From NCBI GenBank assembly GCA_963700285.1, contig CAVOXA010000005.1:1-64000 (forward strand): 64,000 nucleotides of DNA. Reading direction: 5' to 3'. The position numbers and the translations under genes are program-made. This DNA comes from an uncultured Chloroflexia bacterium. GTDB lineage: Bacteria; Chloroflexota; Anaerolineae; JAAYZQ01. A model generated the notes under the pieces. It did not search any database. It had not been told where the DNA came from and saw only the letters and a program-made list of their open reading frames with translations. Shown one piece after another: positions 32,247-41,068 of the stretch (within the stretch, counting starts at the first letter, position 1; each line of letters opens with the position of its first letter).

Positions 32247-33461
32247 ATGAACACCACCAATCGTATGAACGTCCTGATCCTATCACTCACCCTGGCCGTC
32301 GTCATGCTGGGCTTTGGCCTGGTGATGCCCATCTTTCCCTTCTACATCGAGAGCATGGGCGCCAGCGGCAGCGAGCTGGGCCTGTTGATCGCCATCTCAC
32401 CGCTGATGCAACTCGTCTTTGCCCCCATCTGGGGCAACGTCTCGGACCGGCGCGGACGCAAGCCGGTCCTGCTCATCGGCCTGTTGGGCTATGGCGTCTC
32501 GATGCTGCTCTTTGGACTGGCCACCGAGCTATGGATGCTCTTTGCCGCCAGAGGGCTGGGAGCCATCCTTTCGGCGGCGACCATGCCCACCACGATGGCC
32601 TATGTCGGCGACAGCACGTCCAAGCAGGATCGGGGTGGCGGCATCGGCGCCCTGGGCGCGGCCACTGGGCTGGGCATCGTGCTCGGCCCGGCGTTGGGCG
32701 GCTGGCTGGCCATGGATTCGCTCTCCACGCCCTTCTTTCTCACAGCCGCGGTGTGCCTGCTGACCCTGTTGCTGGTCTGGTTCTTTCTGCCCGAGTCGCT
32801 GCCCAGGGAGGCTCGACAGCCGGCGTCCGAGAGGATCCGCCTGGCCGATCAGCTTGGCGAGATGTGGCGGGCCCTGCGCAGCCCCCTGGGCGTGCTGTTC
32901 TTGATGGCTTTCCTGGTGAGCTTTGGGTTGACCTGCTTTCAGGGGGTCTTTGGCCTCTTTGCCTCTCGCCAGTATGGATATGGGCCAAAAGAGGTCGGCT
33001 GGATCTTGGCTGTCATGGGCATCGTGGCCGCGGTCACGCAGGGAGCTCTGACCGGCCCGCTGACCAAACGCTGGGGAGAGGCGGCTGTGATCAGGTTCAC
33101 GCTGCTGGCCAGCGCGGTTGGCTTTGGGTTGCTGCTTACGGCGGACAGCTTGGCTATGGTGCTCCTGACGACCGGGCTTTTCACGCTGCCCAATGCTTTG
33201 CTGCGGCCGGCCGTCATCTCGCTGACCTCCAAGCAGGCGGATGCCCGGCAGGGGGTGGCGATGGGCCTCAACAACTCTTTCAACAGCCTGGGCCGCGTTG
33301 TGGGACCGATGTGGGCAGGCTTTGCCTTTGACGCCAATCCGTACCTGCCCTACGTCAGTGGGGCGGTGGTTATGCTGGTTGGTTTTCTGGTCAGCCTGGC
33401 CTGGCTTACCCAGGAAATGGACCTGAAGGCCGGGCCCCAAGAACGCGGAGTAGGGGCCTAG
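32247..33461 (+). CDS. MFS drug/H+ antiporter (DHA1/TetA-like)
   Basis: GNVSDRRGRKPV motif A, GIVLGPALGG motif C, about 12 TM helices. Confidence 0.9.
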   Translation: MNTTNRMNVLILSLTLAVVMLGFGLVMPIFPFYIESMGASGSELGLLIAISPLMQLVFAPIWGNVSDRRGRKPVLLIGLLGYGVSMLLFGLATELWMLFAARGLGAILSAATMPTTMAYVGDSTSKQDRGGGIGALGAATGLGIVLGPALGGWLAMDSLSTPFFLTAAVCLLTLLLVWFFLPESLPREARQPASERIRLADQLGEMWRALRSPLGVLFLMAFLVSFGLTCFQGVFGLFASRQYGYGPKEVGWILAVMGIVAAVTQGALTGPLTKRWGEAAVIRFTLLASAVGFGLLLTADSLAMVLLTTGLFTLPNALLRPAVISLTSKQADARQGVAMGLNNSFNSLGRVVGPMWAGFAFDANPYLPYVSGAVVMLVGFLVSLAWLTQEMDLKAGPQERGVGA

Positions 33462-33475
33462 GGCGAGTTGGTCGG

Positions 33476-33922
33476 GTGCACTACAATCAGGCTGAAGAGG
33501 CAGCGAGGTTCTATGTTTCCCTCTTTGAGAATTCAGATATCATCGATATTGCACGCTATGGAGAAGCAGGGCCTGGGCTGAAGGCAGTGTGATGATGGTG
33601 ACCTTCCGGCTGGACGGGCAGGAGTACCTGGCCCTGAACGGCGGCCCGATCTTTCAGTTCACTGAGGCCATATCGCTCGTTGTGAACTGCGAGAGTCAGG
33701 AGGAGGTTGACAGGCTCTGGGACCAGCTCTCCGAAGGCGGGGGAGAAGGGTCAGTGCGGCTGGCTCAAGGACAAGGTTGGGCTCTCCTGGCAGATCGTCC
33801 CCACGATCCTAAACGAGCTGATGCAGGACGGGGACCCTGAGAAGGCCAGGCGGGTCACGGAGGTCACGCTGCAAATGGGAAAGCTCGACATTCAGGCCCT
33901 GCAGGCGGCCTACGACCTGTAA
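33476..33922 (+). pseudogene. VOC/PhnB family protein; N-terminus missing and frameshifted
   Basis: QAEEAARFYVSLF, ALNGGP.F.FTEAISL, QEEVDRLW, CGWLKDK.GLSWQIVP. Confidence 0.75.
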
Positions 33923-34279
33923 CAATTGCTAGCCTGTCAAGTACTGCAGATCCGCTCGTGCGCCGCAACCAACTGGGCCAGATCGGGATGAGGCTCGAGT
34001 ATTCCTTGCGGCGCGGAGTGTTCATCTCCTAATTCCTCTCTTGTCTTCCCAGTAACCGGCCCAGGCGACCCAAAGCCCCCTGTGATTCGGCCGTCAATAT
34101 GCTCATTTCCTCCGTCAGGGCGGCAACCTGGCTGCCTGGGCTGCGCAGGAGCGAGGGAACGCGGACGCCGCGGCGCCAATCGCGCCTATGCGTTTGGGCG
34201 CGCTGGTTGACGAGAGGGCGGGTGCCAGGGAGCCAGGCGCGCGGAGGATTCTGGGGGCGACTCTTCCCGCGACCTCCCA

Positions 34280-34381
34280 TCTCAATAATTCTGATGAGAA
34301 GATCCCTGCTTTGGGACGTCTTTTTCTTTGGTAGAATTCATCACTATTCTCGATGCGATTCGGGTGAGGTCTTGGTATACT
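34280..34381 (+). repeat. copy A of a conserved 88-bp terminator/promoter module
   Basis: 73/88 identical, ungapped, to 48176-48263 (hand alignment); TGGTATACT extended -10. Confidence 0.8.
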
Positions 34382-34593
34382 TGTCATGACCGGAGGCAAG
34401 ACCAGTCCGGCAGTATTCTCATGGTGTCTGTCCGTGGCAAGGCCATCTGGGTTGCTGGCCAGCGCAGGTTTGCCAATCCTAGGGCAGATCTGGAGCACGC
34501 AAGTATGCCAGAGATGATCGGCGATAGCCGATAGGCGTACGTTCAGGATAGGATCCATCCTAGACTATGGGCTTGAGAGGAGTCCGATTTACT

Positions 34594-37500
34594 ATGAAGA
34601 AAATTACCTTGCTGCTGATACTCACATTCGTGATTGTGTTGCTCACCGGTTGTCAGGACATTCAAGCTCAACCGAAAACCGTGGCCGTGACCGCCCAGGA
34701 ACCCATGGCGAAGGCAGCGCCCCTGTCGTCAACTGTTGAGACGGCCAATCTGGGCGCGCTGACGGAAAACCCCTGGCAGTGGGTCTCGTTCACCGACCCG
34801 CTGGAGCAGTTCGAGGTCGAGGGGCCTGAGAAGTATGTGCTGACCTTCAACGATGACGGCACGGTCAATATCAAGGCCGACTGCAACAACGCCGCCGGCA
34901 GCTACACGGCCGATAGTGGCAGCCTGAAGATTGAGGTCGGGCCGATGACCATGGCCGCCTGCCCGCCCGACTCGCGCAGCGACGAGTTTGTGGGACTGCT
35001 GGGCGGCGCCGCTCGCTACTTCTTTGAGGAAGGGTTTTTGTACATCGACCTGCTGGCTGACGGTGGCACCATGGCCTTTGCTCCGCCCGCAGAACCGGCA
35101 TCGGCCGGCGATGTGACGTCGTACCCCTGGCTGTGGACCTCGTTCACCAGCCCGGTGGAGCGGTTCAAGGTGGAGGCACCCCAGAACTATGTCGTGACCT
35201 TCAACGATGACGGCACGGTCAATATCAAGGCCGACTGCAACAACGCCACCGGCAGCTACACGGTCGATGGTGGCAGCCTGAAGATTGAGATCGGGCCGAT
35301 GACCATGGCCGCCTGCCCGCCCGACTCGCGCAGCGACCAGTTTGTGGGACTGCTGGGCAATGCGGCTCGCTACTTCTTTGAGGACGCGCAGTTGTACATT
35401 GACCTGTTCGCCGATGGCGGCACGATGCTCTTTGCACCTCTCGGCGAGGCAGAAATGGCCGAAGCCGCTGCGCAGGCCAGCTCCGGCTTGCCGCCCGCCG
35501 AGATCGCCAATGACGAGGGCGGCCCGGCTTTCGTCAGCGGCCAGTGGAACTATACCAGTTACGCCGTGCCTACCCACTTCCTGGAGCCGGTGGTGGCGCT
35601 GATGGATCTGTCCCGCCAGGTCCAGGGCAATTATGAGGAACGGGTACCGCGTACAGGCCAGATTATGGGCACCCTCACCGGCCCTCTAGCGCCATCGCCT
35701 GCCAGCTATCGAGTAGATGTGCCCGTTCTGCCCGGTGGGGAGAGCGCTGACCTGGACAACGATGGCGAGGAGGACACCGGCGTCCAGCTTTACGCACTGG
35801 TGTTCAGCACCAACATGGTGGGGGACTCTTATCTGGAACAATTGGAGCAGGATGGTTTTGCCTCCGTGCTGGCTGATCCCCAGACCGGCGCGATTCGGGA
35901 GGGCACCTTGCTGGTCTATGCGCCCGACGGGGCCCAGGGTTTCCCCAGTACGGCCGGGGCCGACGGGCAGTTCTTCACCGCCGACGACCCAGCGGTCGCC
36001 TTGCCGGCCGGCTACACCCTGGTGACCCTCAGCAGCGACGGCGAGGTCAGCTTCGACCGCGCCCGCGAGGCAAAGATGGACACGCTGGAGCCAGCGGCGG
36101 CGGCCTCGCCTGACTTCTCCGACCAGGGCATTCTGGAAAGCTACAATTCCTTGATTGACCTTCTCTCGGTGCGCTACTCCTACACCGAGTTGCGGGATCT
36201 GGATTGGGAAGAGATCCGGCAGGCGTACCTGCCGCGGGTGCAGGCCGCTGATGAGGCGGACGACATGACCGCCTACTATCTTGCCCTGTTTGACCTGGCC
36301 ATGTCGATCCGGGATGCCCATGTTCAAGTCAACGCTACGGACGCCCAGATGAGAACCGCGCCATACGTCAAATTGGGCGAGGAGTTCAATAGCAACTTGG
36401 GTGCGCAGGTTGTGGAACTCAGCGACGGACGCTTTGTCGTCACGTACCTGGATCCGGAGGGGCCGGCCGCCCAGGCGGGCTGGGAGTTCGGTACCGAAAT
36501 TGTGACAGTGGACGGCGTGCCCATGGGCGAGCGACTCGATGCCCTGCCCCTCACCAGCGCCGAATCAACGCCGGAAGGCATCCGCACGGCGCAACTGGCC
36601 CAGGCGTTGGCCTTCCCGGCAGGAACCGAAACAACGATCGAGTATCGGCTGCCAGGTGAGAGCGAACCACTCAGCGCCACCTTGGCCGCCGGAGAGGGTT
36701 TCGAGACTGTGGCGCCGAGCTCCACACCAGGGCGGGAGGAAATCAGCTTCAAAGAGCTGGACGGCGGATTCGGCTACATCCAATGGGGGGCGTTCGATGA
36801 TCCGTTGTACAAGCTCGCCGTCTGGGAAAAGTTCCTCAGCACATTCCAGGCTGCGCCTGGGATCGTGATCGATCTCCGCGACAATGGCGGCGGCAACCTC
36901 GGTCTGCTTTACACGATGACATCCTTCCTGTTTTCGGCCGAGGAGCCTGCACCCGAACATTGGATCGACTCCTATGTCTACGATGAGCAGGCGAACGACT
37001 TGGTACGGGCTTTCGCGACCGACTATATGCTGAGCTCCCCAAAGCCCGAGTTGACCTACCCGGGTGCAATCGTGGTGTTGGTGAATGAAAACTCGGCCAG
37101 CGCCGCCGAGTACTTTCCCCAGTTCCTGCAGCGCCAGGGGCGGGCCATCGTTGCGGGCGAACATGGTACGGACGGCGCCGGCGGTGTGATCGAGCGCGCG
37201 TCCCTGCCCGGTGGCATCACCTTCCAGTTCACCAAAGGGCGCAACGTCTTTGCCGGCACCGACGAATACAACCTGGAGGGCAAGGGCGTGACCCTGGACG
37301 TGCGGGTGCCCATCACCTTGGAGAACGAGCAGGCCAAACTGGAAGGGCAGGACGTCGTGCTGGAAGAAGCCCTTATCGCCCTGGGCGAGGAGGCAGACCG
37401 GCTGACCCGTGCCAAGCTGGCCGGTGCAACTTGGCAGTTGGCGACAGTATACGAAGCGTCTGGCAGCCAGACCGCGATCGCAGACCCTGAAAACTATACC

Positions 37501-37764
37501 ATCACGTTCGGCGAGGACGGGACGATGGCCATCCAGGCCGACTGCAACCAGGCCAGCGCCGAATACACCTTGGGCACAGCCGGGGCACTGACCATCACAC
37601 CCGGGCCAGCGACTTTGGCAGCCTGCCCTGAGGGCTCGCTCAGCGAGGAGTACCTGCAGTGGTTGGGCTCAGCCACCTCTTTCCAGATCGCTGGCAAGCA
37701 GTTGGTCGTGTCGACGGATCCGGAGAGCGGTGTTCTGGTCCTCGTCTTTGAGCTCGTGGAGTAG
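34594..37764 (+). CDS. lipoprotein with 2x META, S41 peptidase (PDZ-like region) and C-terminal META
   Basis: lipobox LTGC, ADCN..GPMTMAACP repeats, IRDAH, IDLRDNGGG, ENSASAAE, LEGKGV. Confidence 0.88.
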   Translation: MKKITLLLILTFVIVLLTGCQDIQAQPKTVAVTAQEPMAKAAPLSSTVETANLGALTENPWQWVSFTDPLEQFEVEGPEKYVLTFNDDGTVNIKADCNNAAGSYTADSGSLKIEVGPMTMAACPPDSRSDEFVGLLGGAARYFFEEGFLYIDLLADGGTMAFAPPAEPASAGDVTSYPWLWTSFTSPVERFKVEAPQNYVVTFNDDGTVNIKADCNNATGSYTVDGGSLKIEIGPMTMAACPPDSRSDQFVGLLGNAARYFFEDAQLYIDLFADGGTMLFAPLGEAEMAEAAAQASSGLPPAEIANDEGGPAFVSGQWNYTSYAVPTHFLEPVVALMDLSRQVQGNYEERVPRTGQIMGTLTGPLAPSPASYRVDVPVLPGGESADLDNDGEEDTGVQLYALVFSTNMVGDSYLEQLEQDGFASVLADPQTGAIREGTLLVYAPDGAQGFPSTAGADGQFFTADDPAVALPAGYTLVTLSSDGEVSFDRAREAKMDTLEPAAAASPDFSDQGILESYNSLIDLLSVRYSYTELRDLDWEEIRQAYLPRVQAADEADDMTAYYLALFDLAMSIRDAHVQVNATDAQMRTAPYVKLGEEFNSNLGAQVVELSDGRFVVTYLDPEGPAAQAGWEFGTEIVTVDGVPMGERLDALPLTSAESTPEGIRTAQLAQALAFPAGTETTIEYRLPGESEPLSATLAAGEGFETVAPSSTPGREEISFKELDGGFGYIQWGAFDDPLYKLAVWEKFLSTFQAAPGIVIDLRDNGGGNLGLLYTMTSFLFSAEEPAPEHWIDSYVYDEQANDLVRAFATDYMLSSPKPELTYPGAIVVLVNENSASAAEYFPQFLQRQGRAIVAGEHGTDGAGGVIERASLPGGITFQFTKGRNVFAGTDEYNLEGKGVTLDVRVPITLENEQAKLEGQDVVLEEALIALGEEADRLTRAKLAGATWQLATVYEASGSQTAIADPENYTITFGEDGTMAIQADCNQASAEYTLGTAGALTITPGPATLAACPEGSLSEEYLQWLGSATSFQIAGKQLVVSTDPESGVLVLVFELVE
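34771..35439 (+). repeat. 354-bp-period tandem duplication of the META domain
   Basis: 34771-35085 vs 35125-35439 share long identical stretches, e.g. TGACCTTCAACGATGACGGCACGGTCAATATCAAGGCCGACTGCAACAACGCC. Confidence 0.9.
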
Positions 37765-37911
37765 GAGGCTACCGGCCAGCACCACGCCTGATGTCCCAGG
37801 CGTGGTGCTGCGGTAACGAGGCGCGTGGTCAGCACCACCAGCGCACAGGCATCTGGATGCTCAAGAAGGCCGGACGCGAGCAGCTTGTGGGCATTGAGGT
37901 GGCAGAGGGGA

Positions 37912-38430
37912 ATGAACAAATACCTTAGCCTGATCATCATCCTTATCGTCACCACATTCCTGGCCGGATGTAACGAACAGGTAGGTGACTACATGGCTGC
38001 ATCATCGATCAGCAGGGACGGATTTGCCAGGGACGAGAAGGAGATGCGCGAACTAGATGGCCAGGAAGTCAAGATATGGGGATTCGTCGACCACGCCAAC
38101 ATGTATGGGGATGAAGGTGCGAAAGGGGTTCTAGAAGACTGGTGGAGCGGTGATGGGCCGAGTGCCACAACCTGGCGGTTCAACTTGAAAGCCAGAGAGG
38201 ATGATGAAGCGGGGCATTCGTTCCCTGTACATGTGCCCAATGATCCGGGACAGGACGACCTTCTCAACGTGTTTCTTGCGGACGCAAGAGCACAGAAACC
38301 GACAAAGGTCTTTGTGAAGGGAAGGATATTTGCATTTGACGCTCCGACAAATGCCCTTCCCCTGACCGGCCTGTATCTGGAACTGGAGTCTTCATACGAC
38401 ATCCTGCTTGAGCCCCCTTTGGCTCAATAG
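37912..38430 (+). CDS. hypothetical lipoprotein
   Basis: MNKYLSLIIILIVTTFLAGC lipobox; GAGGGG RBS. Confidence 0.75.
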   Translation: MNKYLSLIIILIVTTFLAGCNEQVGDYMAASSISRDGFARDEKEMRELDGQEVKIWGFVDHANMYGDEGAKGVLEDWWSGDGPSATTWRFNLKAREDDEAGHSFPVHVPNDPGQDDLLNVFLADARAQKPTKVFVKGRIFAFDAPTNALPLTGLYLELESSYDILLEPPLAQ

Positions 38431-38482
38431 CTTGCCTACGTTGCTTTGGGATAGCACGTTTGACTTTGAAAGGAGGTGTCTG

Positions 38483-39349
38483 TTGTCTAGCGAACCTGCA
38501 AGAAAAAGGGTAGTCACCTACCTGATCATCGTATTTGTTGCCAGCATTCCCTGGTATTATTTGATTTGGGCTAATGGCGGGCTAGAAGCCCAGGCCGGCG
38601 CCATTTTGGTACTGCCACTCATGTGGTCGCCGGCGTTGGCCGGTTTGCTGACAACCTTCATTTACCAACGCAATCTACGCGGCATGGGCTGGGGATTTGG
38701 CAAACTCAAGTACTATGCCATCGCCTATTTCCTGCCCATCCTCTATGCCAGCATTGCCTACGGCATCGTCTGGATCTTGGGTTTAGGGACGGTGGATACC
38801 AGCGCCTTGGGCGAGGGCTGGATGGTGAGAATTCTTGGGATTCTGACCGGCGGCATTCTGTTGGGGGCACTCCAGGTCTTGGGTGAAGAAATCGGTTGGC
38901 GAGGGTTGCTGGTTCCTCAGTTGGCGAGATTCAATGCATTTACGGCAACAGCACTCATCAGCGGCGTGATCTGGGGCATCTGGCACATACCGATGATCAT
39001 CGGCGGCGGTTACAGCAGCGGGGCGCCCACCTGGTGGGCAATTGCCTGCTTCATGGTACACATTGTGGGCATATCATTTGCCTTTGCCTGGCTGCGGCTG
39101 GCTTCCGGCAGTATCTGGCCCGCTGTAGTGATGCACTCTGTTCACAATGCCTTTATACAAAGTGTTTTGGATGAGATAACCGTCGACACGGGTATCACCG
39201 AGTACTTTGCCACCGAGTTTGGCCTGGCTCTGGCTATCATGGGTGTTGTCGTTGGTTTCATCTTTTGGCGCATAGGGGTTCCATGGGAAAAGGCGACAGC
39301 GCAGGCACCAGCAGTCCCATCCGATTTTGAACCCGGAGACAACCCATAA
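38483..39349 (+). CDS. CPBP (CAAX/Abi) intramembrane metalloprotease
   Basis: GEEIGWRG, WGIWH, MHSVHN; AGGAGG RBS before TTG. Confidence 0.9.
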   Translation: MSSEPARKRVVTYLIIVFVASIPWYYLIWANGGLEAQAGAILVLPLMWSPALAGLLTTFIYQRNLRGMGWGFGKLKYYAIAYFLPILYASIAYGIVWILGLGTVDTSALGEGWMVRILGILTGGILLGALQVLGEEIGWRGLLVPQLARFNAFTATALISGVIWGIWHIPMIIGGGYSSGAPTWWAIACFMVHIVGISFAFAWLRLASGSIWPAVVMHSVHNAFIQSVLDEITVDTGITEYFATEFGLALAIMGVVVGFIFWRIGVPWEKATAQAPAVPSDFEPGDNP

Positions 39350-39507
39350 CGTCCAGCTCGCCTTGACCACCGTCACCGTCAGCATCGAAACGCAGTCAAT
39401 TGGATGGTCGTACCGGGGCCGACGGGCCGGCCAGTGACCGATGTTGCCGTCTTGCTCACAGCCATAAGTGGTGATAGAATGAATATTGTCAACAGGAGAA
39501 ATCAGAC

Positions 39508-40005
39508 GTGATATCGCAAACAGAAAAGACGAACGGCAAACCTCCGTATGTCACAGATCTGGAGGCGGCGTACGGTGCCCCTAGCCAGAATGGCTTTGGC
39601 AGTGCCGTCTTCTACACTGACATGGACCCAGCACAGGAGCTGGAACAGGTAGCGCTGGAGTACTACCAGTACTTTGTTGGCAATCTCTGGGAGCGTTATG
39701 GCAAAGATGCCTGGATGGGGCCGTGGAAAGAGGTCTACACCCGCAAGACCGGTGCGACTCCCGACATTGTCAAGGAGCTACAGGGTATCAGCGATCCCGA
39801 GGCGAGACCGTCGGTGCCGATGGTCCTGGATGTGGTTGAGAATGCGGAGGCTGCGCGGCAGGCCCTGTCGGCCGCCTATGACGACGCAGCCGTGGCTGAG
39901 CTGGCCGTATTTTCACTGGGCGATGGCGAAGCCATGTCCGGCCTTCTCGTCGCCTCCCGCCGAGACACAGGTGAGGCGACGTTTCTGGTCTTTCTGATGG
40001 ATTGA
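39508..40005 (+). CDS. hypothetical protein
   Basis: AGGAG RBS, 165-aa ORF with protein-like composition, fills the gap between genes. Confidence 0.7.
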   Translation: MISQTEKTNGKPPYVTDLEAAYGAPSQNGFGSAVFYTDMDPAQELEQVALEYYQYFVGNLWERYGKDAWMGPWKEVYTRKTGATPDIVKELQGISDPEARPSVPMVLDVVENAEAARQALSAAYDDAAVAELAVFSLGDGEAMSGLLVASRRDTGEATFLVFLMD

Positions 40006-40021
40006 GGGGGCTAGCGGTACC

Positions 40022-41047
40022 ATGACAGCAACGACACCTTCTTCCCATCACAAGGGCCGATCTGGACGGGTGTGGCTCAAGCGCGTCCTGGTCATCGCGG
40101 GCATCCTGCTCCTGGGCGTGCTGGCCGTGATCCTCGTGCTGGGTCTCCTGCCTCTCTCCACCCGGGGGCTTGAGTCCGAGCCTGATCCGGCCGGGAGCTT
40201 CGATGAGGCGGTGGCCCGCTTCCAGCAGGCCCAGCAGGCGGAACAGGGTATCGTCAACGAGGCCAGTGGCTCGCATCTTCTGGTCCACGGCGACACCACG
40301 CCGCGCGCCTACGTACTGGTGCACGGCACCACCAACTCGCCGCTGCAATGGTTGGAGCTGGGCGAGACGCTGCACGCGCTGGGCCACAACGTGCTGATCC
40401 TGCGCATGCCCTACCACGGCCTGAAGAGCCACCGGGTCAGCGAACTGAAGCGGCTCTCCGCCCAGGATTTGAGAGTGTACGCCGACCAGGCGGTCGATAT
40501 CGCTGCCGGTCTGGGTGATGGAATTGTCGTGGTCGGTATCTCGGGTGGCGGCGCCGTGGCCGCGTGGATGGCCCAGAACCGGCCCGAGATCGACCGCAGC
40601 CTGGCGCTGGCGCCCTTTTTAGGCGTCCACGGCGTGCCCGATATCGCTGGCACACTGCTGATGAATGCCTTCTCGCGCTTGCCGAACGTCGTGCTGGACG
40701 ACCCGCTGGAACCACGACGCGACTGGGTCTATCGCGGTGAGGCCACGCGGGGAGTGGCCGCCTTTCTGGCCCTGGGCCACAACGTCAGGCAAGAAGCCAA
40801 GAGAGGCGCCGGTCCAGAGGGCCAGCTAGTCGTCCTGACCACGGCCAGGGACAACACGGCCAATAACGACTCCACGGCCAGTCTCGTCGATGCCTGGCGC
40901 CAGGCAGGCGCAGAGGTGGTCACCTTCGAGTTCGAAGCATCGCTGGACGTCCCCCACAATTCGGTGGATCCGGCAGCCGACGCGGCCAAGAAGCAACTGG
41001 TTTATGACCAGATTCTGGAGCTATTGGGAGAACAGCCCTTGCCGTGA
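40022..41047 (+). CDS. membrane-anchored alpha/beta hydrolase
   Basis: N-terminal TM, LVHG, GISGGG nucleophile elbow, ARDN, VPHN. Confidence 0.85.
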   Translation: MTATTPSSHHKGRSGRVWLKRVLVIAGILLLGVLAVILVLGLLPLSTRGLESEPDPAGSFDEAVARFQQAQQAEQGIVNEASGSHLLVHGDTTPRAYVLVHGTTNSPLQWLELGETLHALGHNVLILRMPYHGLKSHRVSELKRLSAQDLRVYADQAVDIAAGLGDGIVVVGISGGGAVAAWMAQNRPEIDRSLALAPFLGVHGVPDIAGTLLMNAFSRLPNVVLDDPLEPRRDWVYRGEATRGVAAFLALGHNVRQEAKRGAGPEGQLVVLTTARDNTANNDSTASLVDAWRQAGAEVVTFEFEASLDVPHNSVDPAADAAKKQLVYDQILELLGEQPLP

Positions 41048-41068
41048 AGAGCAGAATTGTGGTGATTT

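Noticed and set aside
34427-34492. Nested pairing (TCTGTCC/GGGCAGA, TGGCAA/TTGCCA, GGCCA/TGGCC) as a structured leader RNA
   Set aside because: Short stems are expected by chance at this GC content; no known motif.
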